Positions 10,121-20,102 of a DNA stretch of 64,000 nucleotides are shown here, in pieces. This DNA comes from an uncultured Nitrososphaerota archaeon (GTDB lineage Archaea; Thermoproteota; EX4484-205; JAAOZO01). Numbering within the stretch: position 1 is the first letter of the stretch; each line of letters begins with the position of its first letter. The notes under the pieces are model-generated. The model did no database searches, was not told where the DNA came from, and was given only the letters and a program-made list of their open reading frames with translations. The position numbers and the translations under genes were made by a program. The DNA is taken from the NCBI GenBank assembly GCA_964408285.1, contig CAYOYV010000003.1:1-64000 (forward strand), in the 5' to 3' direction.

Positions 10121-11725
10121 TCATCCCGACAAGATCAAAGCATGAGTGACGATAGCGAACAGGATGATGAGCACAACGCTGAAAACCAAAGTCTGCTTTG
10201 CGGCCTTTCCGTTGATGGGCATTGCCGTCCTACCTGCTCCAAGGGCTATGGAGGAGGCATTAAGTCTCCAATACACCCATGAGACGGCCACGCCCGGCAA
10301 CAAGCAAAGAACAGATATTATTGGAGTGAAAATCAGTGCCCAAATGTAGTAGTGGGGGATGACTAGCCATAGCCCGATTATGCTGATCCCGAAAACGAGC
10401 AATGCGAAGGATATAGCAGCGGAAGCCACCAATGCCTTCGAATTCGAAGTGTAGTGCTTTTCTTTTCCGAGAACTTGTGAGGAGATCCAGTAGTAACCGA
10501 TGATAGTCAGAAGATTGGCTATCCCAAGGAGTGCTCCTTTTGCGACATCTCGCGCACTTCTTCTTCCCAGAAGAAGGGTGGCTATCACAGAAGCGACGAT
10601 TGAACATGCGAGGAAAGTCCCGACGCCCATGAGCCAAGAGAAATCGACAGCAAGCCCCACCAAAGAGGCAGGATGGAAATCTAGGTCCGATCTGAGATAT
10701 TTGGAGGGAGCGTCAATTGCTATGAGAGTGTACTCCCGCATCTCCAATCCTGAGATGGCTCGGATCACAGGATCCGCATATATCCCGAGGTGAGCGTCAA
10801 CAAAGTATTGAACCTTCATAAATGAGGACAGGGGTTGACTAATGTCTTGAGTCTGCCAGAGGCCATTCACATAGATTCTGATCGGGATGATCTTGCTACC
10901 ATAGACGCTGGTTGACACAAGGGGATAGAATGGCTTGTCTGTGGGAAAGGTGATCACGACGCCCAAACCCATTGTTCGGATGGGCATCTTGCCTTCTGGA
11001 ATTCTCTGCTCTCCAGTCACATTATAGTCCGTGCCTTCGCTGAATATGATTTCCCGTTCGATCCTCGACACGACAAAGCTGAACGCTTTTCCTATGTAGT
11101 CGCCCAAAATACCCTTGACTTCCTCTGGAATCCTAGCACCTATTTTGGAGAGAAACTGATAGAAAGAGTCAGCGTTTTCTGCTGTTATGACGTAGGTTGT
11201 TAGACCATATGATTGAACTACTTCGTGTATCGAGACTCCTTCTCCCCCTTTCAAACCAGAGAGCATCTCCCCCACGAGTGGCATGTAGACTGGAGGGCTC
11301 TTCATCCATAACTTGTAGATCACAGCCCAGCTCATCGGGGACACCATTGGGTAGACCTGGGAAACAAGCACCATTCCTACGTATGTGCCTACTATCCTCC
11401 TTCTCATTGCACTCCAAGCATCAGTGCCCCTGTCGCTTCCGCTGAAGGTCATAGTTCTCGCGTGCGAAACGGCTATCACTTCTGGCTTGCTCGGAATTGG
11501 AACCAACCAGAAGCTTCCGTGGGGAGCGTTTGACGATACGTGCAAAGCAAGAGTTTCCATGCCTTTATCCCATACGACGATTGCAGTCTGCGCGGCTTCA
11601 TCGAATGGCATACCCCACGGGTTAATGATGAGACCATCGGCTGAGGTTGAGTGGATCAAGAAGGGAATGATAAGAATCAAGATCGAGCAGAAGCCAACGG
11701 CCTTGATTGTTCTCAGACTAAACAT
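10121..11725 (-). CDS. DUF2330-like exported domain fused to several C-terminal TM helices
   Basis: Signal peptide; EAAQTAIVVWDKGMETL and WLVPIPSKPE motifs; hydrophobic C-terminus. TATA-like CTTTTATA lies ~27 nt upstream of ATG 11725. Confidence 0.6.
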   Translation of the reverse strand: MFSLRTIKAVGFCSILILIIPFLIHSTSADGLIINPWGMPFDEAAQTAIVVWDKGMETLALHVSSNAPHGSFWLVPIPSKPEVIAVSHARTMTFSGSDRGTDAWSAMRRRIVGTYVGMVLVSQVYPMVSPMSWAVIYKLWMKSPPVYMPLVGEMLSGLKGGEGVSIHEVVQSYGLTTYVITAENADSFYQFLSKIGARIPEEVKGILGDYIGKAFSFVVSRIEREIIFSEGTDYNVTGEQRIPEGKMPIRTMGLGVVITFPTDKPFYPLVSTSVYGSKIIPIRIYVNGLWQTQDISQPLSSFMKVQYFVDAHLGIYADPVIRAISGLEMREYTLIAIDAPSKYLRSDLDFHPASLVGLAVDFSWLMGVGTFLACSIVASVIATLLLGRRSARDVAKGALLGIANLLTIIGYYWISSQVLGKEKHYTSNSKALVASAAISFALLVFGISIIGLWLVIPHYYIWALIFTPIISVLCLLPGVAVSWVYWRLNASSIALGAGRTAMPINGKAAKQTLVFSVVLIILFAIVTHALILSG

Positions 11726-11835
11726 TTCAAGGGAATGAATCAAATGTATCTATAAAAGACCATGGACTGATACCAAGTGTTTCAGTGAATAGAACAGGTT
11801 ATTCAGGTTTGCGGAGCCACTATGAATATGATAAG

Positions 11836-12516
11836 TCACGCGCGATGGTAGAGCGCCGCGTTCCGTCGTCCTCGCTTCGGTCTTAGCTTCCTCAAGATTC
11901 CAGTCCTCATCATCCAGAGCTCTCCTGCTTCCTTCGAGATTGAAGTGACTGTGCTTAGATTATTTGCCATTCCGCGTGTGATCAACGCCGAATGCGGTAT
12001 GTCATTGAGGTAGTCGCTTATGCAGAACAGATTCTCCTCAGTTGTCATCCATTTGACTTTGTCAAATCTGGACAGATTAACGGCCCTTGAATATCCTCGC
12101 AATGTCTTCTCCCCTCTGAAGTTGAAATAATCCTCAAAGTAGGATAGAACAAGGTCACGAATCGTCCTATAGATAGGCTCCCGATACCGTAAACCCGTGT
12201 ATTTCGATTTCGCGATGGAACCCCAATGGCCGAATCGATTGAAAACAGCTATCACGTGATCGTCATCGCGAACAGAAGTGAGGTCAACAATCAAAGGAGG
12301 ATATCCGTGGAGTCTAAGCGCCGCGGCCGCGAATATCGCAGCTTCTATACAGTTTGCCTCTTTCTCCCTTAGCACCCTCCTTGGAGAAGAACAGGTCTCC
12401 CCGCTTTCCTCAAGATTGTAACCGATCTTGTGCAGATATCGTTGTATCTTCTTGGGAGAATCCAAAGAGAACAAGGTTCTCAGTTCCTTGGGTGAGAATC
12501 CATAGGAAGGACACAT
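11836..12516 (-). CDS. Conserved hypothetical protein, transglutaminase/papain-like Cys-His motif
   Basis: SPRRVL..ANCIEAAIFAAA, DDDHVIAVF, WGSIAKS..GLRYREPIYR. Confidence 0.6.
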   Translation of the reverse strand: MCPSYGFSPKELRTLFSLDSPKKIQRYLHKIGYNLEESGETCSSPRRVLREKEANCIEAAIFAAAALRLHGYPPLIVDLTSVRDDDHVIAVFNRFGHWGSIAKSKYTGLRYREPIYRTIRDLVLSYFEDYFNFRGEKTLRGYSRAVNLSRFDKVKWMTTEENLFCISDYLNDIPHSALITRGMANNLSTVTSISKEAGELWMMRTGILRKLRPKRGRRNAALYHRA

Positions 12517-12621
12517 CAGATTCGGTTCGAGATTCGATTATTATATGCTTATCATGTTATGCGTGAAGAGGGTTATTTCGATAGGTGAGCAATCAGTCGA
12601 GGCTCAGACGATGTGCGCTCA

Positions 12622-13290
12622 TTACACAAAGCCTTCCTTGGCGGTCTCTCTAATAGACCATCTCAAGAGCCTTCTGAAGTCCCGCCATTTCCTTACATTC
12701 CTTGCGTGCTCAATCACTTCTCTTACGGCAAGCTGATTCCCGGGATTTACCTCCTTAGTGACTAGCCTAGCCTCGTTGTCCGTGGGCGTTGCATCCTCTT
12801 CGTGCTGTTCTGGCTCGACTTCAGTTTGCCTCAGTATCTGCTCAAGTGGTAGTTGGATAACCCTTCCAGCTTCCCTTTGGGGTGCCTCGTGCAAGGGGGG
12901 CTCCTCACGAACCTTGAACGACGTTTCAGGAAGTCCAACTCCAGATCTTGAATTCTCTGCCGGGGAAAAGAATATCTCTCCTTCGATAGTATCCCTTTTC
13001 ACCCTTGCAACCTTCAATTCGTAGCGATTCGAGTCATAATCTTTGTCGTATCTCTTCATGATATCAGGATTCGGAGTAAGGATTCCGGCGTCATTGAAGA
13101 AGTGAAGAAATGTGCCCACCATCTTTTCCCATTTCCCCATGTCTTCAAAATATCCTCTGACCCAGTCTACGTCCTCAGGCGTCATATCTCTATGCGATTT
13201 TGTGGTGGCGCGTAGACTAACGACGGATCCCCGCTGTTCGAAGGTTAGTTCGTATAGCTCAACGGTCAGCGTTGCCGGATCTTGCATCAT
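12622..13290 (-). CDS. Hypothetical protein
   Basis: Long ORF with a TTTTATA TATA-like box ~25 nt upstream of ATG 13290; no recognisable family. Confidence 0.55.
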   Translation of the reverse strand: MMQDPATLTVELYELTFEQRGSVVSLRATTKSHRDMTPEDVDWVRGYFEDMGKWEKMVGTFLHFFNDAGILTPNPDIMKRYDKDYDSNRYELKVARVKRDTIEGEIFFSPAENSRSGVGLPETSFKVREEPPLHEAPQREAGRVIQLPLEQILRQTEVEPEQHEEDATPTDNEARLVTKEVNPGNQLAVREVIEHARNVRKWRDFRRLLRWSIRETAKEGFV

Positions 13291-13641
13291 GGGTTTCTGC
13301 TCGGCATGTCCTATAAAAATGTGAGCCACACTCGATTCAGGAAATCGATAATAACAATGATTTATTGAATAAAGAATCCGAGATCTGGGCGCGCGTCTTG
13401 TTTCAGTCGTTCCGTGAATGGAGGATACTGATGCCATCGAGTGAAATCAGACGGAAAACCACCACCGATATGATGAGAACATCAACTGAAGGCCAATTAT
13501 CATCTGTAGGCACTGGTATAGAGCGATCGTTAGCACTCCATCAACGCCTTAGCTGACTATACATCTTCACCGGAAGAGGGAACTGCGGCGTTCTTTCCGG
13601 AACCCCATTCCAATGAGCGCCCATGCGCTTCTGAATTCGTC

Positions 13642-14769
13642 TCACCTTCTGCCTATACAGAAATCATCCATTGCTTTGCATATTGCTTCGATATTCTCCA
13701 GGGGTACTGCTGCATCGCATATTTCTGCCTTCATCATGAATCCTCCTTCTGGCAATGAGAGTTGATCCACTGCTTGCCATATCTGCTTTCTGATGTCCTC
13801 GGGCGTACAAGAGGAGAACATCTGTCTATCTAAGTCAAGGTCGATGCACATTTTGCCCCTATAGGCTTCGGCTATACCTTGGAGGGTGTTTGCTCGCAGC
13901 TGCGGGTCATGAACCGACACTCCACATTCGACCAAATCATCAACGATGTCTATCAAGCGGCCATCCGAGGAGAGATAAACATGCATGCCCTCACTGCGAC
14001 ACTTCCTGAATAGCCTTTCGAACATAGGCTTGATGTATTTCCTGAATTTGACTGGACTGATCATGAGGCCCCTCTGACTACCTATATCAGTATGAAAGGA
14101 CATGAGATCAGCGTGCACTTCTGAGCCTATCTCAATCAATTTCATCTCATGATCCTCTATCATCCGGATCAGCCGTGGCAACTCAGGTGCATCTAGCACT
14201 ATGTCGCGCATCAGATTCGTGAATCCCCTAAGGAAATACATTCTATCAAAAAGGCGCTCCCCATCACCAACTACCAACAGGCCCCTTCTCCTGCGTTCCT
14301 CAGCTATCTTTCTCAGCTTCTCCCAATTTCTTTCCCCCCGTTCTGTTTTAGTGAGGGGATTGGGGGGCTTGAAGCCGTCCAAGGCTTCCCATTTTTCCAG
14401 TGGATGTCTCACCACCTGACCCTCTATACCATCAATGATTCCATACCAAGTGCACCCCCAATTGTCAGTATAGTATTCTCCGGCGCGATAGACGGGCGGC
14501 ATTGCATCGTAATCACGCTCGCCTCTATCATGTTGGCCAAATATCCAAGGGTGTCTAAGCACCAAGTCTTCAAGTTTCTCACGGTGCTTCTTCCACGCAA
14601 CAGGAAGAAAATTGACCGAACATGGGATCCATCGAGGATATCGAAACTCAATGGCTTTCAGATAGTTCTCCCGCATATCCTTGTTAGGAGCCTGCAATTC
14701 GGGAGCCATTGCGTGGACGCGCTTACTCATGTACTTAACGGTTTTTGCAGGTGCTAGCCGGGGAGCCAT
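13642..14769 (-). CDS. Uroporphyrinogen decarboxylase / MtaA-CmuA superfamily protein
   Basis: YTDNWGCTW, LRGFTNLM.D, DIGSQRGLMISP, LSSDG, VPLENIEA. Confidence 0.8.
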   Translation of the reverse strand: MAPRLAPAKTVKYMSKRVHAMAPELQAPNKDMRENYLKAIEFRYPRWIPCSVNFLPVAWKKHREKLEDLVLRHPWIFGQHDRGERDYDAMPPVYRAGEYYTDNWGCTWYGIIDGIEGQVVRHPLEKWEALDGFKPPNPLTKTERGERNWEKLRKIAEERRRRGLLVVGDGERLFDRMYFLRGFTNLMRDIVLDAPELPRLIRMIEDHEMKLIEIGSEVHADLMSFHTDIGSQRGLMISPVKFRKYIKPMFERLFRKCRSEGMHVYLSSDGRLIDIVDDLVECGVSVHDPQLRANTLQGIAEAYRGKMCIDLDLDRQMFSSCTPEDIRKQIWQAVDQLSLPEGGFMMKAEICDAAVPLENIEAICKAMDDFCIGRR

Positions 14770-14851
14770 GTAAGAAACTCGCCTTGCGCTTCATATACTG
14801 ATAACACAAGATCAGACTGACCAGAATGTAAATAACTGGAGGTATCTGGGT

Positions 14852-16009
14852 TTGAGCGTGAATCCCAGGGAACGCTTTCTGGCGATAGCTCATTTCATGA
14901 AGTCAGACATAGTTCCTGTGGGAGGAGCTCCGAGAAAGGCGACCCTCGAGAGATGGTTCTCGGAAGGTCTACCTCGCGATGTGGACATTGCCACGTACTT
15001 CAAATTCGATCCGTCTGGAAGCATGTCAGTCTATCCGTCAGAGGGCTTCTGTTGGTCCTCGGAAACAAAAGGCGCGGTCAATCTGGGCCCCATTCCGCCT
15101 TTCGAGTTCACGATCTTGGATCAGAACAAGAGGTACAGGATGTGGATTGATGGTCTGGGAATAAAACAACGAGGATTCACTGATGACTGGGAAAGCGATT
15201 GGTCAGGATTCGCTACGAGGCAATTCCTCGAATTCCCTGTGAAGGACCGGGAGGACTTCACTAGAATGAAGCGAAGATACAGGCCAGAGTTGGATGTTAG
15301 ATATCCCCCGAACTGGAGTGATCTAGTGCGCAGATGGAAAGAGAGGAAATTCCCTCTTGGTGTGTCAATACGTGGTCCCTTCTGGTGGAGCAGAGACATG
15401 ATGGGGTTACTCGAGACGCTCAGGAAACTCCACAAGGAGCCTCGCCTGATGCATGAAATCATGCAGTTTTGTGTAGATTTTCACATAGGGGCGCTGCACA
15501 AAGGGCTGGACGAAGTCGAAGCTGATTTCGCTATGATATCTGAGGACATGGCGTACAAGGCGGGTCCCATGCTCTCTCCAGCGATGGCGAGAGAATTCCT
15601 GTTCGAACCGTACACTGCCCTGACGTCGTTCCTCCGAGAACACGGGGTCGAAACAATAATCATTGACAGCGATGGCAACTGTCGATCGCTGATTCCGCTT
15701 CTAGTTGGGACTGGCATCAACGGGATTTCGCCTTGCGAAGTCGCAGCAGGAATGGACATCGTTACAATCAGGAGAGAGTATCCTCGCCTTGTAATAATGG
15801 GTGGCATAGACAAGAGGAGGTTAGCGGAGGATGAGGGCGCAATAGCCTTGGAGGTGCTATCAAAGGTCCCCTTCATGCTGAGTACAGGCGGTTACTTTCC
15901 ATCCGTGGACCATGCTGTGCCGCCTGACGTGTCTTTGAAGAATTTCAAGTACTATTTGTCGCTCACCAGAAGACTCTGCGGATGGGCCCACCCCGAAAGC
16001 TGGGCATAG
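14852..16009 (+). CDS. Uroporphyrinogen decarboxylase / MtaA-CmuA superfamily protein
   Basis: PRERF, EFPVKDREDF, EDMAYKAGPMLSP, DSDGN, PCEVAAGMD, GGIDKR, VDHAVPPDVS..NF.YY. TTG start. Confidence 0.82.
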   Translation: MSVNPRERFLAIAHFMKSDIVPVGGAPRKATLERWFSEGLPRDVDIATYFKFDPSGSMSVYPSEGFCWSSETKGAVNLGPIPPFEFTILDQNKRYRMWIDGLGIKQRGFTDDWESDWSGFATRQFLEFPVKDREDFTRMKRRYRPELDVRYPPNWSDLVRRWKERKFPLGVSIRGPFWWSRDMMGLLETLRKLHKEPRLMHEIMQFCVDFHIGALHKGLDEVEADFAMISEDMAYKAGPMLSPAMAREFLFEPYTALTSFLREHGVETIIIDSDGNCRSLIPLLVGTGINGISPCEVAAGMDIVTIRREYPRLVIMGGIDKRRLAEDEGAIALEVLSKVPFMLSTGGYFPSVDHAVPPDVSLKNFKYYLSLTRRLCGWAHPESWA

Positions 16010-16156
16010 CGTCTTTGACACGAGCTTTCCTATCCGAGGGCAAGAACAAAGTCAAATTGCTCATGATGGTGTCAAGAAGAACAAGTGTCCACTGCTTGGA
16101 GGGCCATTCCATAACCTCGGCCATCAAATGCGGATCCAAGTGTGAATGCATTGTAT

Positions 16157-16984
16157 CTATGGCCTTCCTATTATCTGCCTTGCGGTTGCAGAGAATATCA
16201 TATCTCGATCATTCTCGGATAGGCCGATCTCATATAATATTGTTTCCCAAGCATGTATCGTCCTCACATATTGTGAGGGCGGCTCATCGAGTCCGAATAT
16301 CAATTTCTCCGGCCTTAGCCTTATCCAGAGGTGCTCCCTTATTGCAGAAGCCTTGAGCCAGATGCCCTTACCGGAGATGTCCAACCACATGTTCGGATTC
16401 TTTTGAGACATATTATATGCCTCAGAAAACCAAGGGTCTCCCATATGGGCGCCTATGATCTTCAGTCTAGGACACCATCTAGCTATCCTATCGAGGCATA
16501 TCGGCCTCATGTGACGAGAAGAGATGTCCTGTCTCTCCAGTGTCGATTGTCTTGCAATGACGCCTGTGTGGAATAGGATTGGCATTCCATATTCCTCGGC
16601 CCTTTCATAATATGCAAGGAAATCCTCTGAATCATATGAATCCGTAGGGCTTATGGCCTTCAAGCCCCTGAAACCCTTTGCGTAGTAATCATCGACAATT
16701 GTGCGATCGTGCTTCCCCGGGCTGAATGAACCAAATCCAACAATTCTGTCCTTGAAATCTTTGAATATTGTCCTCCACTGAGCAGCTTCCCTATCATCAT
16801 AGTTCGGGCCACTGGATATAACGCACGCAATTGCCACGCCTGCCTTGTCCATCTCTTTCAGAAGACGATCAACGAAGCCGTTCGCTGGCATGTAATGCTG
16901 GTGAATGTCCACAATGCCAGTTCTTTCCCTCGGGTATACATCATAGTATGCAACATCTCCTTGGAGAGCGGCCGTTGTTTTCAT
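16157..16984 (-). CDS. Amidohydrolase family 2 (TIM-barrel metallohydrolase)
   Basis: IVDIHQH, GFRGLK, ILFHTG, IIGAHMG, FGLD. Confidence 0.88.
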   Translation of the reverse strand: MKTTAALQGDVAYYDVYPRERTGIVDIHQHYMPANGFVDRLLKEMDKAGVAIACVISSGPNYDDREAAQWRTIFKDFKDRIVGFGSFSPGKHDRTIVDDYYAKGFRGLKAISPTDSYDSEDFLAYYERAEEYGMPILFHTGVIARQSTLERQDISSRHMRPICLDRIARWCPRLKIIGAHMGDPWFSEAYNMSQKNPNMWLDISGKGIWLKASAIREHLWIRLRPEKLIFGLDEPPSQYVRTIHAWETILYEIGLSENDRDMIFSATARQIIGRP

Positions 16985-17145
16985 ATGGACCGTTTCGAAT
17001 TACCTTGCGTAGTTTAAAGGTTTGGCTCGAGCGTTTCCCCCCGTCTCTAGCAAAGCCGACGAACTAAATCAGGCGATCGTGAGCGTGGAAGAGTACTGAA
17101 GCGCTCAATGCATAAATAGGTTGAAGGTCCATTATTCAAAAATCT

Positions 17146-18438
17146 ATGCGAGGCTCGATGGGGGGAAAGCTCGCGATAAACGGAGGATCAAAGGCTGTCA
17201 CTGGCGATTTCGAGGAGGCATTCATCTGGCCACGATATGGCGAGGAGGAGTTTTCCGCAGTCAAGGAAGTGATGGAAGGAACTGATCCATATGCAGCGAT
17301 CAGGGAATTCGAGAAATGCTTCGAAACCTATCTTGGTTGCAAGCATGCGATATCTCAGAACAACGGGACTTCAACGCTCCATTCGTCCTACTTCGCAGTG
17401 GGGATCGGCCCAGGAGATGAGGTCATTACGCCATCATATAGTTGGCTTCTCCAGATCATGCCGATAGTTGCTTCGCATGGAGTTCCAGTCTTCGCAGAAA
17501 TAGATCCAAGGACTTTGACCATAGATCCTGAGGACATCAGGAGGAAGATCACACCGAAGACCAAAGCGATAGTGGTAGTTCACACGTACGGGCACCCTGC
17601 CGATATGGACCCGATAGTCGAAATTGCAGGGCATCATGGAATTCCGGTCATCGAGGATTGCTCGCATGCTCACGGAGCTGAATACAAAGGGAGGAAAGTT
17701 GGCGTCATCGGCGACATAGGTTGTTTTAGTCTGCAGCAAAGCAAATTGCTGCCAGCAATCGAAGGAGGCGTTCTGGTTACAAGCAACGAGGAATATCGCG
17801 ACAGGGTCATCCTTCTAGGTCACTATGAAAGGATTCCAACAGTCCATGACGAGAGGCTCAAAAGCCTTTCAAAGGGGATAAGGGGAGTCGTTGGGCTATC
17901 CGGAGCCTGCTATGGATACAAATATCGCATCAATCCGCTTGCTGCTGCGATTGCGAATGTTCGGTTGAACCATCTGGATGAAACGAATGCTATCAGGAGA
18001 AAGAATATGACATATATGTCCAGAGGATTGGCCGATCTCAGATCAATCGAGCCGCCCTATGAATCGCCTGATGTCAGGATGGCTTGGCTAATCTACCTGC
18101 TGAGGTACTACCCGGAGCGACTTCGCAATGTCCCAAGGGCCGTCTTTGTCAATGCCCTACGAAGTGAAGGTGTTAGGACGAGCGAAGGAGGAGGATATCA
18201 GCCATTCCATCTCACCGAGCTCATGCAGATGAGGGACTTCTATGGGAAAGGATGTCCCTTAGAGTGTTCTCACGTGGAAAAAGCGCCTGAATACGAGTTA
18301 GGCATGTTGCCAGTAACAGAATCTATTGGGTCAAGGCTCATTTCGCTTGCTATGTTCGCGAACCCTGTTCCCGATATGTTATTGGACCAATACATAGAAG
18401 CCTTTCACAAGGTCGAGGAGAATGCCGGCGAACTCTGA
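17146..18438 (+). CDS. DegT/DnrJ/EryC1/StrS PLP aminotransferase
   Basis: LAINGG, NGTSTL, GPGDEVI, VIEDCSHAHGA, FSLQQSKLL..EGG (PLP lysine). Confidence 0.92.
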   Translation: MRGSMGGKLAINGGSKAVTGDFEEAFIWPRYGEEEFSAVKEVMEGTDPYAAIREFEKCFETYLGCKHAISQNNGTSTLHSSYFAVGIGPGDEVITPSYSWLLQIMPIVASHGVPVFAEIDPRTLTIDPEDIRRKITPKTKAIVVVHTYGHPADMDPIVEIAGHHGIPVIEDCSHAHGAEYKGRKVGVIGDIGCFSLQQSKLLPAIEGGVLVTSNEEYRDRVILLGHYERIPTVHDERLKSLSKGIRGVVGLSGACYGYKYRINPLAAAIANVRLNHLDETNAIRRKNMTYMSRGLADLRSIEPPYESPDVRMAWLIYLLRYYPERLRNVPRAVFVNALRSEGVRTSEGGGYQPFHLTELMQMRDFYGKGCPLECSHVEKAPEYELGMLPVTESIGSRLISLAMFANPVPDMLLDQYIEAFHKVEENAGEL

Positions 18439-19252
18439 AGACGCAAGCTTTGCTTCTGAATCTAAAGAGGATGAAGTGCTCCTATTCGACTGCAATTCCA
18501 CGCTTGGCAGAAGGGCGGCCAGGAATCCAAGGTCAGTCTACAATGTCCATGACTTGCTGTCTGTAATGGATAGTTACTCCATCACGCGTGCTTTGGTCAG
18601 CCACGCATCATGTGAGGTCTCTGGACCTACACCTGGCAATGAAATCCTGATGTCGGAGACAAAGGGCACTAGCAGATTGGTCCCCTGTTGGGTCGTTCTG
18701 CCTAATCACACAAAGGAGTTGGGAGAAGACATTTCGGACTTCTTCAGACGTATGCTGTCGAACGATGTCAAAGCAGCCAAGATATATCCTGTTAGCCACC
18801 ACTTCAGCCTATCTGAATGGTCTGTAGGCCATATACTTGAGAAGCTGGATGAACACAGGATGCCGCTTCTGATCGACTTCAACATTGTGCACTACAGCGA
18901 TGCTGTCATGAATGTACAATGGGACAAGGTACATGATATCTGCGCAAGGCATAGAGACCTTCCGGTCATTCTCCTGAGACTGGGCGCCAATGTGGATCGA
19001 AATCTCTTCCCGCTGTTGGGTATGTTCGAGAATCTGCACGTAGATCTATCCTACTACACCGTGAATGAAGGAATAGAACGGATCTGCGACATGTTCGGCC
19101 CTGAGCACCTCATATTCGGCACAGGATTGCCCGTCATGTCTCCCGCCGGGCCGATTTCGATGCTGATGTACAGCAACATACCCTTGAGCATGAAACGAAG
19201 CATAGCATCAGAGAATCTTGAGAGGATGCTTGAGTCGGTCGTGGAACAATGA
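18422..19252 (+). CDS. Amidohydrolase-fold protein with degenerate metal site
   Basis: FDCNSTLG replaces DxHxH; GNEIL, LVPCWVVLP, LIFGTGLP. Confidence 0.75.
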   Translation: MPANSEDASFASESKEDEVLLFDCNSTLGRRAARNPRSVYNVHDLLSVMDSYSITRALVSHASCEVSGPTPGNEILMSETKGTSRLVPCWVVLPNHTKELGEDISDFFRRMLSNDVKAAKIYPVSHHFSLSEWSVGHILEKLDEHRMPLLIDFNIVHYSDAVMNVQWDKVHDICARHRDLPVILLRLGANVDRNLFPLLGMFENLHVDLSYYTVNEGIERICDMFGPEHLIFGTGLPVMSPAGPISMLMYSNIPLSMKRSIASENLERMLESVVEQ

Positions 19253-20055
19253 GTGAACGACCAATGAGCCTTCTTGCCGGTTTGGGAAGAGAAGGAAGGA
19301 GCCTAAGAAGGCAGGCGAATGTCATAGATTGCCATGCACATATGGGCCCATGCTTGGGATTCGATTGCCCGGGAAGCTCTGTCGAGGAAATGGTGAAGAC
19401 AATGGATAGGGTGGGTATCGAAAAGGCCTGTGTGAGCCACAACTTGGCGATTGGTCCCGATTTCAAACTGGGAAACAGACTCGTCCACGAGGCTGTGAAG
19501 AAATACCCAAACAGATTCATTGGATATGCTGTAATAAATCCGAATTACCCCGAGGATATCGAGAATGAGCTCGATCTCTGTTTCAGAGACTACGGTATGA
19601 GGGCGATAAAGTTCCACGGAGAACTGCACAAATATGCTCTTGATGGAGAGAATTATAGGCGTGTTCTTGATTTCGCCGAATCGGAGTCGCTCACGATCTT
19701 ATGCCATGGGCTTGGGAAGTTCAAGACCCTCTGCGAACTCAGCTCTGAGTACAAAAATGTCAATTTCCTCATAGCCCACTATGGAACCTGGGATATGAGA
19801 ACGCTACCCGAGGTCATAGAGGTAGCTAGCAAGGCGCCCAACGTATTCTTGGACTCTTCCGGCTCAGTGGACTGGTTTGGCGGTTTCGATGAAGTTGTTC
19901 TGAAAGTTGGTGATAAGAAGATGCTGTTCGGTTCGGATTTCCCTTGGGGGAATCTACCATTCATGATGGGCAGAGTACTTCTTTCTCGAATATCGGACGA
20001 GAAGAAGAGGAGGATTCTGGGAGAAAACGCGAACGCGATCCTAAGAATCGACTAG
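19249..20055 (+). CDS. Amidohydrolase family 2
   Basis: VIDCHAHMG, IKFH, ILCH, LIAHYG, LFGSDFP; ATGA overlap with the upstream gene. Confidence 0.9.
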   Translation: MSERPMSLLAGLGREGRSLRRQANVIDCHAHMGPCLGFDCPGSSVEEMVKTMDRVGIEKACVSHNLAIGPDFKLGNRLVHEAVKKYPNRFIGYAVINPNYPEDIENELDLCFRDYGMRAIKFHGELHKYALDGENYRRVLDFAESESLTILCHGLGKFKTLCELSSEYKNVNFLIAHYGTWDMRTLPEVIEVASKAPNVFLDSSGSVDWFGGFDEVVLKVGDKKMLFGSDFPWGNLPFMMGRVLLSRISDEKKRRILGENANAILRID

Positions 20056-20102
20056 ACAAAGCGATCAATGAGAAAAGAACTGTCCGCATCTGCCAAGGAT
20101 TC

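Noticed and set aside
13469-13630. ATGATGA-N9-CTGA and small hairpins
   Set aside because: The guide is short, there is no second box pair and the hairpins are imperfect; not enough for an ncRNA call.
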